Positions 9,222-19,339 are shown, counted from the first letter of the stretch. The stretch is 64,000 nucleotides of DNA from Saprospiraceae bacterium (GCA_965223105.1 OZ244987.1:2300192-2364191), one strand, 5' to 3'. The notes: generated by a model from the letters alone, not told the origin. Numbers and translations: made by a program.

Positions 9222-9358
9222 AGATTGGAAAGATTGGAGAGATTGGAAAGATTGGAAAGATTGGAAAAGATTGGAAAAGATTGGAAAGATTGGAAAGATT
9301 GGAAAGATTGGAAAGATTGGAGAGATTGGAGAGATTGGAGAGATTGGAGAGATTGGCG
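9222..9358. repeat. Perfectly head-to-tail minisatellite: 15 units of AGATTGGAR (13 x 9 bp, 2 x 10 bp)
   Basis: Read directly: AGATTGGAA, AGATTGGAG, AGATTGGAA x2, AGATTGGAAA x2, AGATTGGAA x4, AGATTGGAG x4, AGATTGGCG. It lies in the 743-bp gene-free gap 8773..9515. Confidence 0.95.
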
Positions 9359-9515
9359 ATAATATTTTACGGTAGAAACTTGACAATTAATTACCCAGAA
9401 AAAACAAAGAAAAGATCTTCGATCCAGTATTAATGAAATAAGCAAGCCAAGAGCCATCAAATGCATATTTATTTTGGACCGTGGAGTTATTCTCTTAATT
9501 ACTTGACATCAACAG

Positions 9516-11891
9516 TTACTCAGAACGCAGGCTATGCGTTGGATTACTTCGGGCAGCAGCAAAAGTGCGTGCACTGACCGTGGCAATGGTGGTTACTAAA
9601 ACGACCATTAAGGCGATCAAGAATGTCAGGGGGTCGAGCTGAATGCGTATGGCAAAGTCTTGGAGCCACCTGTTGGTAAAGAATATTCCCATGGGAACGC
9701 CAATCACAAAAGCGATCAACACCAACCTTGAGAAATCTCTGGAAAAAAGATAGAGAATTTCCCAGGTGCTGGCACCCAGTACTTTCCTGATCCCAATTTC
9801 TTTTTCTCTCTTGTGTACAGAGAATGTGGTCAGTCCAAATAATCCCAAGAGGGCAATAAACAGGGTAAGCAGGGTGGCATAAAGGATGCTTTTACTGAAT
9901 CTTTTTTGTTCATCGTATTGTTTGGCAAATTCTTCATCTAGGAAGCCGATGCGCATGGGATGCTCTGGTTCTATTGTTTTCCAAAGCGATTCAATGGAAG
10001 CAATGGTTTGTTCTAGATCCGAAGGTGCCACTTGTATTCCGGCATACCAACGATGGGGTAGTCCGGTAATCACTATGGGCCGTATTTCTGAATGAAGTCC
10101 CAGGTGGTGAAAGTTTTCACATACACCAATGATCTGCCCGTATCGTTCTTCAGAGCTGAACTTCAATTTGGTGCCAAGAGGTTCCTCTAAATTGTACTTC
10201 CGGACAAAGGCTTCATTAACCACAAAATTATTTAGCGTATCGCCAGCAATGTGATTGGTTAAAAAGCGACCAGATTGCATTTCGATATCCATAACATCAA
10301 GGTAATGCGGATCCGTAAATAATACATAGGGATAGATCATTTCAGGTCTTCCTTCCTGATTCATGCCCCAATCGGGAAGTCGCTTCCCTGGAACACGCGA
10401 TGCCGTAGTTAGATTTCCGACCCCAGGAATAGATAGGAATTGGTTTCGCAAATTCTTGATTTTCTTGTGGCTATCCCCATCATTCAAGGTGATGGTCATC
10501 ACTTGGTCAGGTGCAAATCCCAAATCATAATCCAACATAAAATTGAGTTGCTTATAGATAAATGCCATGACTATCAGCAATGTCAGGGTGATGGTAAATT
10601 GGGCTGACACCAATATTTTCCGAATATTTCCGGTACCAAGGTTTAAGCCAGATTTAATATTAAAGGCCCTTGCCGGTCGAAAAGAAGACAAGACAAATGC
10701 TGGATACAGACCGGCCAAAAATCCAACAATCAGTGAAAATATAAATGTAGTTCCCGCCACCAATGGAAATTCAGGAGAGTTCCAAAGGTGAATCTCGCGG
10801 TCTACAATGTTTCTAAAGAAAGGCAGTAGTAGTTCAGCCAAGATCAGTCCGACAGCAGTGGAAAAAATCGATTGCAGCAGAGATTCAACCAAAAATTGAT
10901 GGATCAGTTGTGATTTTCGGGCTCCACTGGCTTTTCTAACCCCCACCTCCTTTGCCCTGTTGGTCGATTGGGCTGTTGATAAATTGATGTAATTAATGAT
11001 AGCGATCAATAAAACCAAGAGCCCTACAGCAAAGAAAATGTACAAATACTTGATGTTGCCTCCACTGCTGTTGATCCACCCTATGGAACCCGAAGCTAGG
11101 TGTATTTCTTGTAAGGGTTGTAGTTTCCATGCCGGTAATTCTCCGGGTTTGGGTTCATAATTATTCTTGGCAAACTCTTGAATGATCAGCGCATTGACGG
11201 AAGCAGTAATTTTCTCTTCCAAAGCGGAAATATCGGCGCCAGGTTTTACTTTTACATATGTTGCTCTATTATTACCCGTCCAAGAATCCGAATACCAGGT
11301 AAAAGGTGAATACAATTCGTATTTCAAATGGGAGTTTTTTGAGCCGAGGTCAAAAACGCCAGTGACTTGATAATCTTCAGCACCGTTGTATTTGACTACT
11401 TTGTTTAGTGGGTCTGAATCTCCAAACAGCCTCTGAGCGAGCGTTTGAGATATCACCAGGCTTTTGGGTTGGTGTAGAGCCGTTTCTAGAGACCCATGTA
11501 CGAAAGGTATTCTCAGTGTTTCGAAGAATGTGGAATCTGCCTGTGCGGCATGTTCGACGTACAACTTATCCCCTCTATAAGATAGGAGCACCTCACCCTC
11601 TGATCCCAACCCTGATGCCGTCTGCACTTCAGGAAATTCATCAATTAATTTACCAGCTAGCCTGCTTGGACTCCACACCGTTTTTCCGTCAGTATTCTCC
11701 CAGTATCTAAAAATTCGGTAGGTATTTTCTGAGCCTGGAATCCATTTATCATAGCTGGATTCGTGGATGATATAAATTCCAATTAATATAACAACAGCAA
11801 TACCTAGTGACAGTCCAAATATATTGACCAAAGAAATCGCCTTGTCTTTCAATATATTTCGCCAAGCGATTTTTAGATAATTCTTGTACAT
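9516..11891 (-). CDS. Double-FtsX (MacB/YbbP-type) ABC-transporter permease, paralogue 4 of 4 (last in the array)
   Basis: Trimmed to MYKNYLKIAWRNIL, the N-terminus shared by all four paralogues. Two modules of TM + large extracytoplasmic domain + 3 TM, with FtsX loops RAKEVGVRKASGARKSQL and KEIGIRKVLGASTWEI. Confidence 0.85.
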   Translation of the reverse strand: MYKNYLKIAWRNILKDKAISLVNIFGLSLGIAVVILIGIYIIHESSYDKWIPGSENTYRIFRYWENTDGKTVWSPSRLAGKLIDEFPEVQTASGLGSEGEVLLSYRGDKLYVEHAAQADSTFFETLRIPFVHGSLETALHQPKSLVISQTLAQRLFGDSDPLNKVVKYNGAEDYQVTGVFDLGSKNSHLKYELYSPFTWYSDSWTGNNRATYVKVKPGADISALEEKITASVNALIIQEFAKNNYEPKPGELPAWKLQPLQEIHLASGSIGWINSSGGNIKYLYIFFAVGLLVLLIAIINYINLSTAQSTNRAKEVGVRKASGARKSQLIHQFLVESLLQSIFSTAVGLILAELLLPFFRNIVDREIHLWNSPEFPLVAGTTFIFSLIVGFLAGLYPAFVLSSFRPARAFNIKSGLNLGTGNIRKILVSAQFTITLTLLIVMAFIYKQLNFMLDYDLGFAPDQVMTITLNDGDSHKKIKNLRNQFLSIPGVGNLTTASRVPGKRLPDWGMNQEGRPEMIYPYVLFTDPHYLDVMDIEMQSGRFLTNHIAGDTLNNFVVNEAFVRKYNLEEPLGTKLKFSSEERYGQIIGVCENFHHLGLHSEIRPIVITGLPHRWYAGIQVAPSDLEQTIASIESLWKTIEPEHPMRIGFLDEEFAKQYDEQKRFSKSILYATLLTLFIALLGLFGLTTFSVHKREKEIGIRKVLGASTWEILYLFSRDFSRLVLIAFVIGVPMGIFFTNRWLQDFAIRIQLDPLTFLIALMVVLVTTIATVSARTFAAARSNPTHSLRSE

Positions 11892-11978
11892 GATTAGGTG
11901 GAAATTGTTAAGTAATTCTTTCAACATTGATCTCACCGATCACAAAGACACAGCACCTTTGCGACTGATTAAAATCGG

Positions 11979-14426
11979 TCATTCCCGAAGGCTATCCACT
12001 GGATTGGCTTTGGCAGCCAATAATGTCTGTGTACTGATCGAAATCCAAGCTAAGATCAAAGCTATAATTGCTGCCAGAACAAATATCCACGGTGTTAAGA
12101 TGATTCGGTAGGCATAGTTTTCCAGCCAGCCAACCATAATACGCCAGCTTATAGGTATGGCAACAACTGCTGATGCCAAGACCATCAAAGAGAACTTTTT
12201 TCCGATCAGGAATACCACTTGCCCTACTGACGCTCCTAAGACCTTGCGAATGCCTATTTCTTTTTTGCGCTGTACTACCGTAAGTAAGGCGATACCAAAC
12301 AATCCCAAACCAGCGATAAGAATGGCCAATAATGTGGCAATCGCAACAATTTTACTAAGTCTTGATTCTGCTAAATATTGGTTTTCGATATTCTGATCCA
12401 GGAAAGTATAGTCAAAGGGTTGCTCCGGAGCGACATCAGACCACACTTGCTTCAGATAGGTTAGCGTCTTTGACAAATCGCTGGTTTCTACCCTAAAGGA
12501 GAACTTGGGGTTAGGTCCGTCCGTACTGACCATGTCAGGTGCAGCGCGGAATAGGGGAATGGCATCTTTTACCATTACCAGTGGAGTGACCTCAGTGTGA
12601 AGGGAGGCATACTGAAAGTCTTCCGTAATTCCGATAATTTGGTACTCTGCGAAGGGTCCTGGGAGTGAAGTTCCAATCGGATCACTGATCTGAAATGCAT
12701 CTGCCATGGCCTGATTGATGATGGCCGATTTGAGGTCAGATTGTGGTTCGCTGTGAAAATTTCTTCCTGCCAGCAGCTCAATTTCCATCATATCCAGATA
12801 ATTTGAACCGATCTGTTGAGCGGTGAAATTTCTAAAACGGTCGCTCTCTGGATCGTCAAAGCCCAGTCGCATCCAGCCGGGAATGCCAAATGTATGCGTG
12901 GAGGTAGTCAGGTCTATTATTCCTTGCCCCGGTAAAGCGCTTGCCTTTATCCTTGATTCGACCGCCTTTGCATCCTGCCACATTTGACTAAGTGATTGGC
13001 CAGAAACTTGATAGGGCACTACCACTACCTGCTCACGATTATACCCCAAATTTTTGTTTTGAATATAATGCAATTGTTTTTGCATGATCAGGGTACTGCT
13101 GATTAGGATAATCGATAGCAGGTATTGACACCCCACCAACAATCTTAAGATTCTATGCCTCGATACTCCGGTGCTGTCATTACCAGTCCCCCTTAAAGCC
13201 TGCAGTGGTGAATACCGTGATAACACAGCTGAAGGGTAAAAACCTGCTATGAGTCCTGTAACCATAGTGAGCAGTAACAATGCAAACAGGTGACTGAGAT
13301 CCAGTGAAAGGACCAATTCCTTAGAGGTGATGGTATTAAACCATGGCAATAGAAAAATGGTCAGTACCACACCCAGTGCGACTGCAGACGCAGCGATTAA
13401 AATGGCTTCAGTCCAAAACTGCATCATCAACTGCCACCTTTGTGCCCCACTAACTTTTCGCATGGCTACTTCTTTAGCCCGGGTGATGGATCTTCCAATA
13501 GCGAGTGAGGTGAAGTTGATGCATGCCAAGATCAGCACCAGAATGGCAATAATCGATAATATTCTTGGATAACGACGATCACTTACCGGCACGATACCTT
13601 GAGGTATTTCTGGATTAAGGTGGATGTCGGTCAATGGCTGTAACCCAACTTGATATTCACCTGGTTTATAGATATTGGTTACTTTTTGATCAACCATCGT
13701 TGCGATTTTGGAATGGAGTGCTGACATGTCGGTCTCACTGTCGATCCAAACGTAGGTTTCGGGAAATACAATGGTCCAGCTGGTTCTACCATTTTCCGAA
13801 GTAAAAGCTTTTACATTTTCGAAAGGAATTAAGAACCCAAATTGATGACTCGAGTTGGAGGGGGGGTCTTCAATCACTGCCGACACCCGAAAATCCTGCC
13901 ACTCACCTCCAACTTGCAGCTGAACAATCTGACCCAGAGGTGAAGCTTTGCCAAAATATTTAATGGCTTTCTCGGAAGTGATGGCTACGTTGTGCAATTC
14001 TTCTAGAGCCTGATGCCGGCTGCCTTCGATGACCACCCAATCGAAAAGGGAAAGAAAACCGGACTGAACCACATGCACTGATTCCTGGTCTGTAAATGTT
14101 CCCCGCCTTGCATTGCTGTTTATGGTGACATACTGCATGACCTCCTTGCATTCGGGAATATTATTTTTCAACTCCGTACCGAGGATAAATGGAGTCACGC
14201 TACTAAAAAATACTTCACCCTGGTAGTGCTCTTTGACCCAGACACGATATATTTCATCTGATTTTGAATGGAAGCGATCGAAAGAATATTCATCCCAAAC
14301 AAAAAGCATAATAAGTATACAAATTGTAGTACCTACGGTAAGACCAACAATATTTATGAAGGCATACAGGGAGCCACTACGTAGATTTCTGAGAGCAATT
14401 TTGACATAATTCTTAATCATCAGCAT
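11979..14426 (-). CDS. Double-FtsX (MacB/YbbP-type) ABC-transporter permease, paralogue 3 of 4
   Basis: The ORF track extends to 14603, but the conserved N-terminus MLMIKNYVKIALRNL starts at 14426 (alternative start 14420). The extension would overlap the upstream paralogue. FtsX loops: RAKEVAMRKVSGAQRWQL and KEIGIRKVLGASVGQV. Confidence 0.85.
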   Translation of the reverse strand: MLMIKNYVKIALRNLRSGSLYAFINIVGLTVGTTICILIMLFVWDEYSFDRFHSKSDEIYRVWVKEHYQGEVFFSSVTPFILGTELKNNIPECKEVMQYVTINSNARRGTFTDQESVHVVQSGFLSLFDWVVIEGSRHQALEELHNVAITSEKAIKYFGKASPLGQIVQLQVGGEWQDFRVSAVIEDPPSNSSHQFGFLIPFENVKAFTSENGRTSWTIVFPETYVWIDSETDMSALHSKIATMVDQKVTNIYKPGEYQVGLQPLTDIHLNPEIPQGIVPVSDRRYPRILSIIAILVLILACINFTSLAIGRSITRAKEVAMRKVSGAQRWQLMMQFWTEAILIAASAVALGVVLTIFLLPWFNTITSKELVLSLDLSHLFALLLLTMVTGLIAGFYPSAVLSRYSPLQALRGTGNDSTGVSRHRILRLLVGCQYLLSIILISSTLIMQKQLHYIQNKNLGYNREQVVVVPYQVSGQSLSQMWQDAKAVESRIKASALPGQGIIDLTTSTHTFGIPGWMRLGFDDPESDRFRNFTAQQIGSNYLDMMEIELLAGRNFHSEPQSDLKSAIINQAMADAFQISDPIGTSLPGPFAEYQIIGITEDFQYASLHTEVTPLVMVKDAIPLFRAAPDMVSTDGPNPKFSFRVETSDLSKTLTYLKQVWSDVAPEQPFDYTFLDQNIENQYLAESRLSKIVAIATLLAILIAGLGLFGIALLTVVQRKKEIGIRKVLGASVGQVVFLIGKKFSLMVLASAVVAIPISWRIMVGWLENYAYRIILTPWIFVLAAIIALILAWISISTQTLLAAKANPVDSLRE

Positions 14427-14446
14427 TAGTTTTTTGCAAGAAAATA

Positions 14447-16840
14447 TCAATCCGTATTCTTCAATACTTTTACCGGGTGGGTGGTTGCACCTCTGAATGC
14501 TAGAAATGCTGTAGTCAATAGGGCGATGGTCAATCCAATGGCTGCTGCCAGTCCCATCGTTTCCCAACCAGCAAGGGTTCGATATGCAAAGCCATTTAAC
14601 CAATTTTGCATGAATAGCCAGGCCAGCGGGAGAGAAACGACAAGAGCCAATATCATGATCTTCACCAGGTCACTAATCAGCAACCAAACGATGCTCCATA
14701 TTCCTGCACCCAAGACCTTGCGAATACCAATCTCTTTCATTCGCTGCTCTGTACGATAAGCTGTTAGACCTAACAGACCCAAGCAAGAAATTACGATCGC
14801 AATAATCGTAAAGATAAATACTAAAGTCATTAACCTTCGGTCAGAAGCATAGAGATTGCCAACCTCCTCATCAAGAAATTTGTATTCAAAGGCAGATGAA
14901 TGAATATTTTCATGAAATATTTTTCCAATTTGATCAATGGTAGATGTAAAATCTTCACTCTGCATTTTAATCATAACATATGCTAGACGGCCGAGTTGGT
15001 TTCCGTTATTAAAGGCATAAGCACCTATCGGTATATGCAAACTCTCATGATGAAAGTCCTTTACAACGCCAACTATCGTGGTGGGATATTGGTACAATCC
15101 TTTGGGGATTTGACCAATGGCTTCCTGAGGTGTCCATCCCATCAACCTTACTGCGGTTTCATTAAACACTACCTGCACGGTAGTGTCTTTGCTGCTTTTC
15201 ACCGGTAGGCTTCTGCCGGCTAGAAACTCCAGACCGAGCACGCGATCAAAACCAGTGGTTACATGATTTGAAGCCACTGAAATACTAACTTCCGGTTGGC
15301 TGGGTACTTGCATGGCATACCCGGGAGCTGTAGATCCGGGGTAGGTCGTGGCTCGGCAAGCCCCTGTGATTGCCGGTATAGTCTTGAGCTCATCAAGGAA
15401 GCCTTGCACCTCGCTCTTATCGCCGGCTGCTGCCGTATGAACGACCAGGACTTGCTCAGCATCGTATCCCAAATCTTTGTTGATGATATAGCGAATTTGC
15501 TTACCAAAAATTAACACTGCCGATATCAGAGCAAGACAAATTGCAAACTGCGAGGCCACCATTAGTTTTCTGGCGAAAATTTTGTCTTGTACTTTTGTAC
15601 CAGAGGGATTAAAGGCATTTTTTGGTGTAAATCGCGAGAGAAAAAAGGCTGGATATGCACCGGCCGCTAGGGTAACAAGTAACCATACTCCCAGTAGAAA
15701 AACATAAGTCGATATTTTCACGAAGAGACCGTCAAAAAAGGTGCGATCAAATAATTGTTCAAATAAGGGAGATAATAGATAGGAGATACCAAGCCCTGCT
15801 ATAATAGACATTAAAACCAAGACCCCCGTCTCGATCAAAAAACGAGTACCCAGTTGTATTGATCCAGCACCGAGTGTCTTAGCAATACCTACCTCTTTTG
15901 ACCGGTTTTGAGCCAAAGCGGTGGCGAGGTGCACATAGTTGAAGCAAGCCATCAACAATACGAGTACGGCCAGGATAAAAAGTAGGCTGACCTCGTCAGC
16001 ATTGCCCAGATTTGAAGTGTAAGAGTTACTGATGCCGCTAGAATGAAGGTGTAATTTGTGCAACGGTTGTACCCAGAAAGAAAACCATTGATTCTCCTGA
16101 GGCACTGCTTGATTAAAAGACTGATCTATTTGCGTGGTGAGGTCGTCGACGTTGGTTTCCGGAGCCACCAGTAGATAGGTTTCGAAACTGGCATTACTCC
16201 AGTAAAGGTTTTTTACCGCCCAATCTAAAGTGCTCAGTGAACCGACCATTGGAAAATCAATACTAGAGTTGGATGGCATATCCCGGTAGATACCTGTAAT
16301 CATGAGTTTATGCCGGTTATCGACCTCAATGACTGATCCCAACGCTTCTTCAAGAGTGCCAAATAGTTTGCGTGCGGAACTATAGCTAATGATGAGTTCA
16401 TTGGGTTCGTCGAGGGGTACTCCCGAGACTTTGATCATATCGAAATCAAAAATCCCTAGCATTGTTCCATCCGCCCAGTACAAATTCCTTTCTGTGAAGT
16501 GGCGATCATCGTGTGCAATAAATGCTGTACGACCAAAATTGTGTTTGAGAATTCTGGTTTGATTCACCACGGAGGCAATCTGACCTTGAAAATGTGGTCC
16601 TGCAATGTTGGGTACGTTGGCCCATTTTTCTTCGATACCTTCATAACGCGCGGTCAGGCCTAGCCTGTAGATCCGATCAGATCTCTCGTGAAATTGATCA
16701 AAAGACCACTCATGCCTGGTATATGCTGTAAGTATCAAAAATGCCGCAATGCCGATGGACAGGCCGATCAAATTAATGATGGCGTAAAATCGATTGGTCA
16801 GGAGATTCCGAATTGCAATCTTAATGTGTATTAGAATCAT
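14447..16840 (-). CDS. Double-FtsX (MacB/YbbP-type) ABC-transporter permease, paralogue 2 of 4
   Basis: MILIHIKIAIRNLL N-terminus. FtsX loops RSKEVGIAKTLGAGSIQL and KEIGIRKVLGAGIWSI, with the same two-module topology. Confidence 0.85.
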   Translation of the reverse strand: MILIHIKIAIRNLLTNRFYAIINLIGLSIGIAAFLILTAYTRHEWSFDQFHERSDRIYRLGLTARYEGIEEKWANVPNIAGPHFQGQIASVVNQTRILKHNFGRTAFIAHDDRHFTERNLYWADGTMLGIFDFDMIKVSGVPLDEPNELIISYSSARKLFGTLEEALGSVIEVDNRHKLMITGIYRDMPSNSSIDFPMVGSLSTLDWAVKNLYWSNASFETYLLVAPETNVDDLTTQIDQSFNQAVPQENQWFSFWVQPLHKLHLHSSGISNSYTSNLGNADEVSLLFILAVLVLLMACFNYVHLATALAQNRSKEVGIAKTLGAGSIQLGTRFLIETGVLVLMSIIAGLGISYLLSPLFEQLFDRTFFDGLFVKISTYVFLLGVWLLVTLAAGAYPAFFLSRFTPKNAFNPSGTKVQDKIFARKLMVASQFAICLALISAVLIFGKQIRYIINKDLGYDAEQVLVVHTAAAGDKSEVQGFLDELKTIPAITGACRATTYPGSTAPGYAMQVPSQPEVSISVASNHVTTGFDRVLGLEFLAGRSLPVKSSKDTTVQVVFNETAVRLMGWTPQEAIGQIPKGLYQYPTTIVGVVKDFHHESLHIPIGAYAFNNGNQLGRLAYVMIKMQSEDFTSTIDQIGKIFHENIHSSAFEYKFLDEEVGNLYASDRRLMTLVFIFTIIAIVISCLGLLGLTAYRTEQRMKEIGIRKVLGAGIWSIVWLLISDLVKIMILALVVSLPLAWLFMQNWLNGFAYRTLAGWETMGLAAAIGLTIALLTTAFLAFRGATTHPVKVLKNTD

Positions 16841-16912
16841 TTGCTCAGTCAGTTATAGTGCAGGTGGAGCGGATTGGTCGGTCGAAATATCTCGTGGTAA
16901 CTATCATACCTT

Positions 16913-19339
16913 TTACTCGTCTTTTAATGCATGTACCGGGCTAATGGATGCAGCGCGGTAGGCTTGGATACCTACAGTCAGCAGGGCTAAAGTGAGTGCT
17001 CCAATGCCTGTTACGCCAAATACCCACCACGGCATTGAAATGCGGAATACAAAATTCTCCAACCATCGACTCATTAAATATGCAGCCAATGGTGTGGCAA
17101 TGAGCAGAGCGACAATAATCAATAATAAAAAGTCTTTAGACAATAGATAGAGAATGTGTCCAACTGTTGCACCGAGTACTTTTCTAATACCAATTTCTTT
17201 GACCCTCTGCGTTGCCGCATGAGTAGCCAAACCAAATAGACCCAGACAAGAGATGAAAATCGCCAAGAACCCAAATCCCTTGGTGGTGGCTGCTAATCGC
17301 TGGTCATTTTCATAAAACATCGAGATCTGTTCATCCAGAAATTGTCCTTCAAAGACCTGTTCCGGAAATACCTGATCAAAAACTTTCTTGATATCATGGA
17401 TTGTTGCAGCTATTTGTCCTGAATTAATTTTTACGCCGGCTTCCCAATAAAATTTCTTTCGTGTAGTCAGGAGAAGTGGCTGAAGTTCAGATCTGGCAGA
17501 ATGAGTGTGAAAATTGGATGTTACCCCGACGATTTCGATTTCCCGACCTCCGATACGAATGGCCTTGCCAAGGATTTTGTGCGGATCAGAAAGGCCCAGC
17601 TTTCTTATAACTTCCGCATTGACCACGCCCTGTTTCATCGTATCAGAGTCTTCATACCAGGTACCGGCCATCATTTGAATATCATAAGCTTGACTATAAT
17701 CAGCATCGCAAAATTTCAGATTAATATGCCACGGTTCATCTTCTGGTCGTGTATCGTATCTCATATTGGTACTCCAGGTATTTCCGGAAAGAGGTTGGTC
17801 ACTGGATAAACTTACCTGCCTTACTTTGGGCAGTTGCTTCAAGCGCTGTTTGAGTACTTGATGCTTGGTCTGACTAAGACTGTCGTTGTTAAAGGAAAAG
17901 GTGTACAGTAAGTCTTCGGAGAATCCCAGATCTTGATTCCTGACGTGATTGAGCTGAAGTATATTAATGACAGCGGCTATGATCAGGGCTTGAGCTATGG
18001 CAAATTGAAGTATAACGAGCGCTCGACGAAGAGAGAGCCCCTTGGACGCATTGGAGACATCGCTATTTTGCAGGGCGTCAATTGGTTTAAACCTTGCTAG
18101 GGCCAAGGCCGGATACAGGCCCGCCAAAACTGTGGTAGCGATCATCAAAAGGACTAAAAACAATGGGACGGAAATTCCTTCTATTAAAGGAATGTCGTTG
18201 GGAAGATTGGAGACTTTGGGTAACAGCGGTAGGGCAAAGCTTGCCAAAAGAGTACCCGAAACGATGGCAGCCATGACCAGAAGGCCAGTCTCCAATAGGA
18301 ATTGAATGGCCACTTGCCCACCCGTACTTCCAAGGGTTTTTCGTACACCAACCTCCTTACTGCGCAAAACAGATTGGGCAGTAGATAGATTAATAAAATT
18401 AAAACATGCCATCAATATGATTACTATACCAATTGCTCCCAGAAGATAAAGCCTTGAACGCTTGGTCCGATGCGATCCAGAATTTGCAAAGTGTTCACTG
18501 AAATGTAAATCAGCAATGGGTTGATAAATATGTTTTTTCAGTCGATTGCGATCTCTATCTGCATATTCCTCTTTACCCACAAGTGCCAGGGCTTTATTGG
18601 CATCTTCAACCAGATCAGGCTGTAATAATTTGGCAAAAAGTTGATCATTCGAGCTACAGCTGCCCCAGCCTTCATTGTAAAAATATTGATCTGGATTCGA
18701 GACTAAAGTACCGTAGGAAACCAAATAGGGAAAATTAAAATCACAATTACTGGGTGGATCAGCCACAACTCCTCGCACCACCAGAGGCGTGATGTTTTCC
18801 AACATCAGTGGTTGGTCTACAGCATTTTTCCAATCGCCAAAACATTTCTCCGCCCAGGTTTTTGTCAAGACGATACCACCAGGTCCTTCCAATGCTTTTG
18901 TGCGATCACCTGCCAACCAGTTGAAAGAAAAAATTTCCAAGAATTCAGATTCCGCAAAAAAAGCAGTGGTCTGATTGTCGGGATTGAATTTCTTCAAAGG
19001 AGGTCCTCCAGCGGGATTAGGGACAGTGATGGCTCCCCACATTTCTTTTACGCGGGCCACCATTTCAAACTGAACGATCTCTTCCTCGATAATATTCATG
19101 GCGGGTTCGGGGGTACAAGTACCATAACTTGTACCTTCCGGAGTAGAAAGAACGTTGACGACTCTACCTATACGATCGTAATTTTGAAATTGCTTGTTAA
19201 AGCTCAGTTCAAATACCAAAATCCGGTAAATCAAAAGTGCAGCTGCGATACCGACGATCAGCCCTGTAAGATTAATGACTGCGTAAATGCTGTGCCTCTT
19301 CAGGGAGCGCCAAGCTATCTTTATGTGGTTTTTCAGCAT
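16913..19339 (-). CDS. Double-FtsX (MacB/YbbP-type) ABC-transporter permease, paralogue 1 of 4 (first in the array)
   Basis: MLKNHIKIAWRSL N-terminus. FtsX loops RSKEVGVRKTLGSTGGQV and KEIGIRKVLGATVGHI, with the same two-module topology. Confidence 0.85.
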   Translation of the reverse strand: MLKNHIKIAWRSLKRHSIYAVINLTGLIVGIAAALLIYRILVFELSFNKQFQNYDRIGRVVNVLSTPEGTSYGTCTPEPAMNIIEEEIVQFEMVARVKEMWGAITVPNPAGGPPLKKFNPDNQTTAFFAESEFLEIFSFNWLAGDRTKALEGPGGIVLTKTWAEKCFGDWKNAVDQPLMLENITPLVVRGVVADPPSNCDFNFPYLVSYGTLVSNPDQYFYNEGWGSCSSNDQLFAKLLQPDLVEDANKALALVGKEEYADRDRNRLKKHIYQPIADLHFSEHFANSGSHRTKRSRLYLLGAIGIVIILMACFNFINLSTAQSVLRSKEVGVRKTLGSTGGQVAIQFLLETGLLVMAAIVSGTLLASFALPLLPKVSNLPNDIPLIEGISVPLFLVLLMIATTVLAGLYPALALARFKPIDALQNSDVSNASKGLSLRRALVILQFAIAQALIIAAVINILQLNHVRNQDLGFSEDLLYTFSFNNDSLSQTKHQVLKQRLKQLPKVRQVSLSSDQPLSGNTWSTNMRYDTRPEDEPWHINLKFCDADYSQAYDIQMMAGTWYEDSDTMKQGVVNAEVIRKLGLSDPHKILGKAIRIGGREIEIVGVTSNFHTHSARSELQPLLLTTRKKFYWEAGVKINSGQIAATIHDIKKVFDQVFPEQVFEGQFLDEQISMFYENDQRLAATTKGFGFLAIFISCLGLFGLATHAATQRVKEIGIRKVLGATVGHILYLLSKDFLLLIIVALLIATPLAAYLMSRWLENFVFRISMPWWVFGVTGIGALTLALLTVGIQAYRAASISPVHALKDE

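Noticed and set aside
9222-9358. Possible CRISPR array
   Set aside because: The units are only 9-10 bp and directly abut one another with no spacers. No cas genes are in the window.
8942-9466. ORFs of 62-174 aa on both strands across the 9-bp repeat (SLQSLQSFQSFQ.., LERLERLEKIGKDWKDW.., PISPISPIFPIF..)
   Set aside because: Their length is created by the stop-free repeat unit. The two 10-bp units shift the frame inside the array. The flanks have no coding-like features, signal peptide or known motif.
11979-14603. Long N-terminal extensions in the ORF track, here and at 9516..11936, 19655..20473, 29963.., 45769.., 49264..50421, 55407.. and 58474..
   Set aside because: The extensions overlap the preceding gene or precede a clear signal peptide or conserved N-terminus. 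Internal starts restore family-typical N-termini (for example MIKNYVKIALRNL, MRRKIVAGNWKMH, MRIYFDNAAS).
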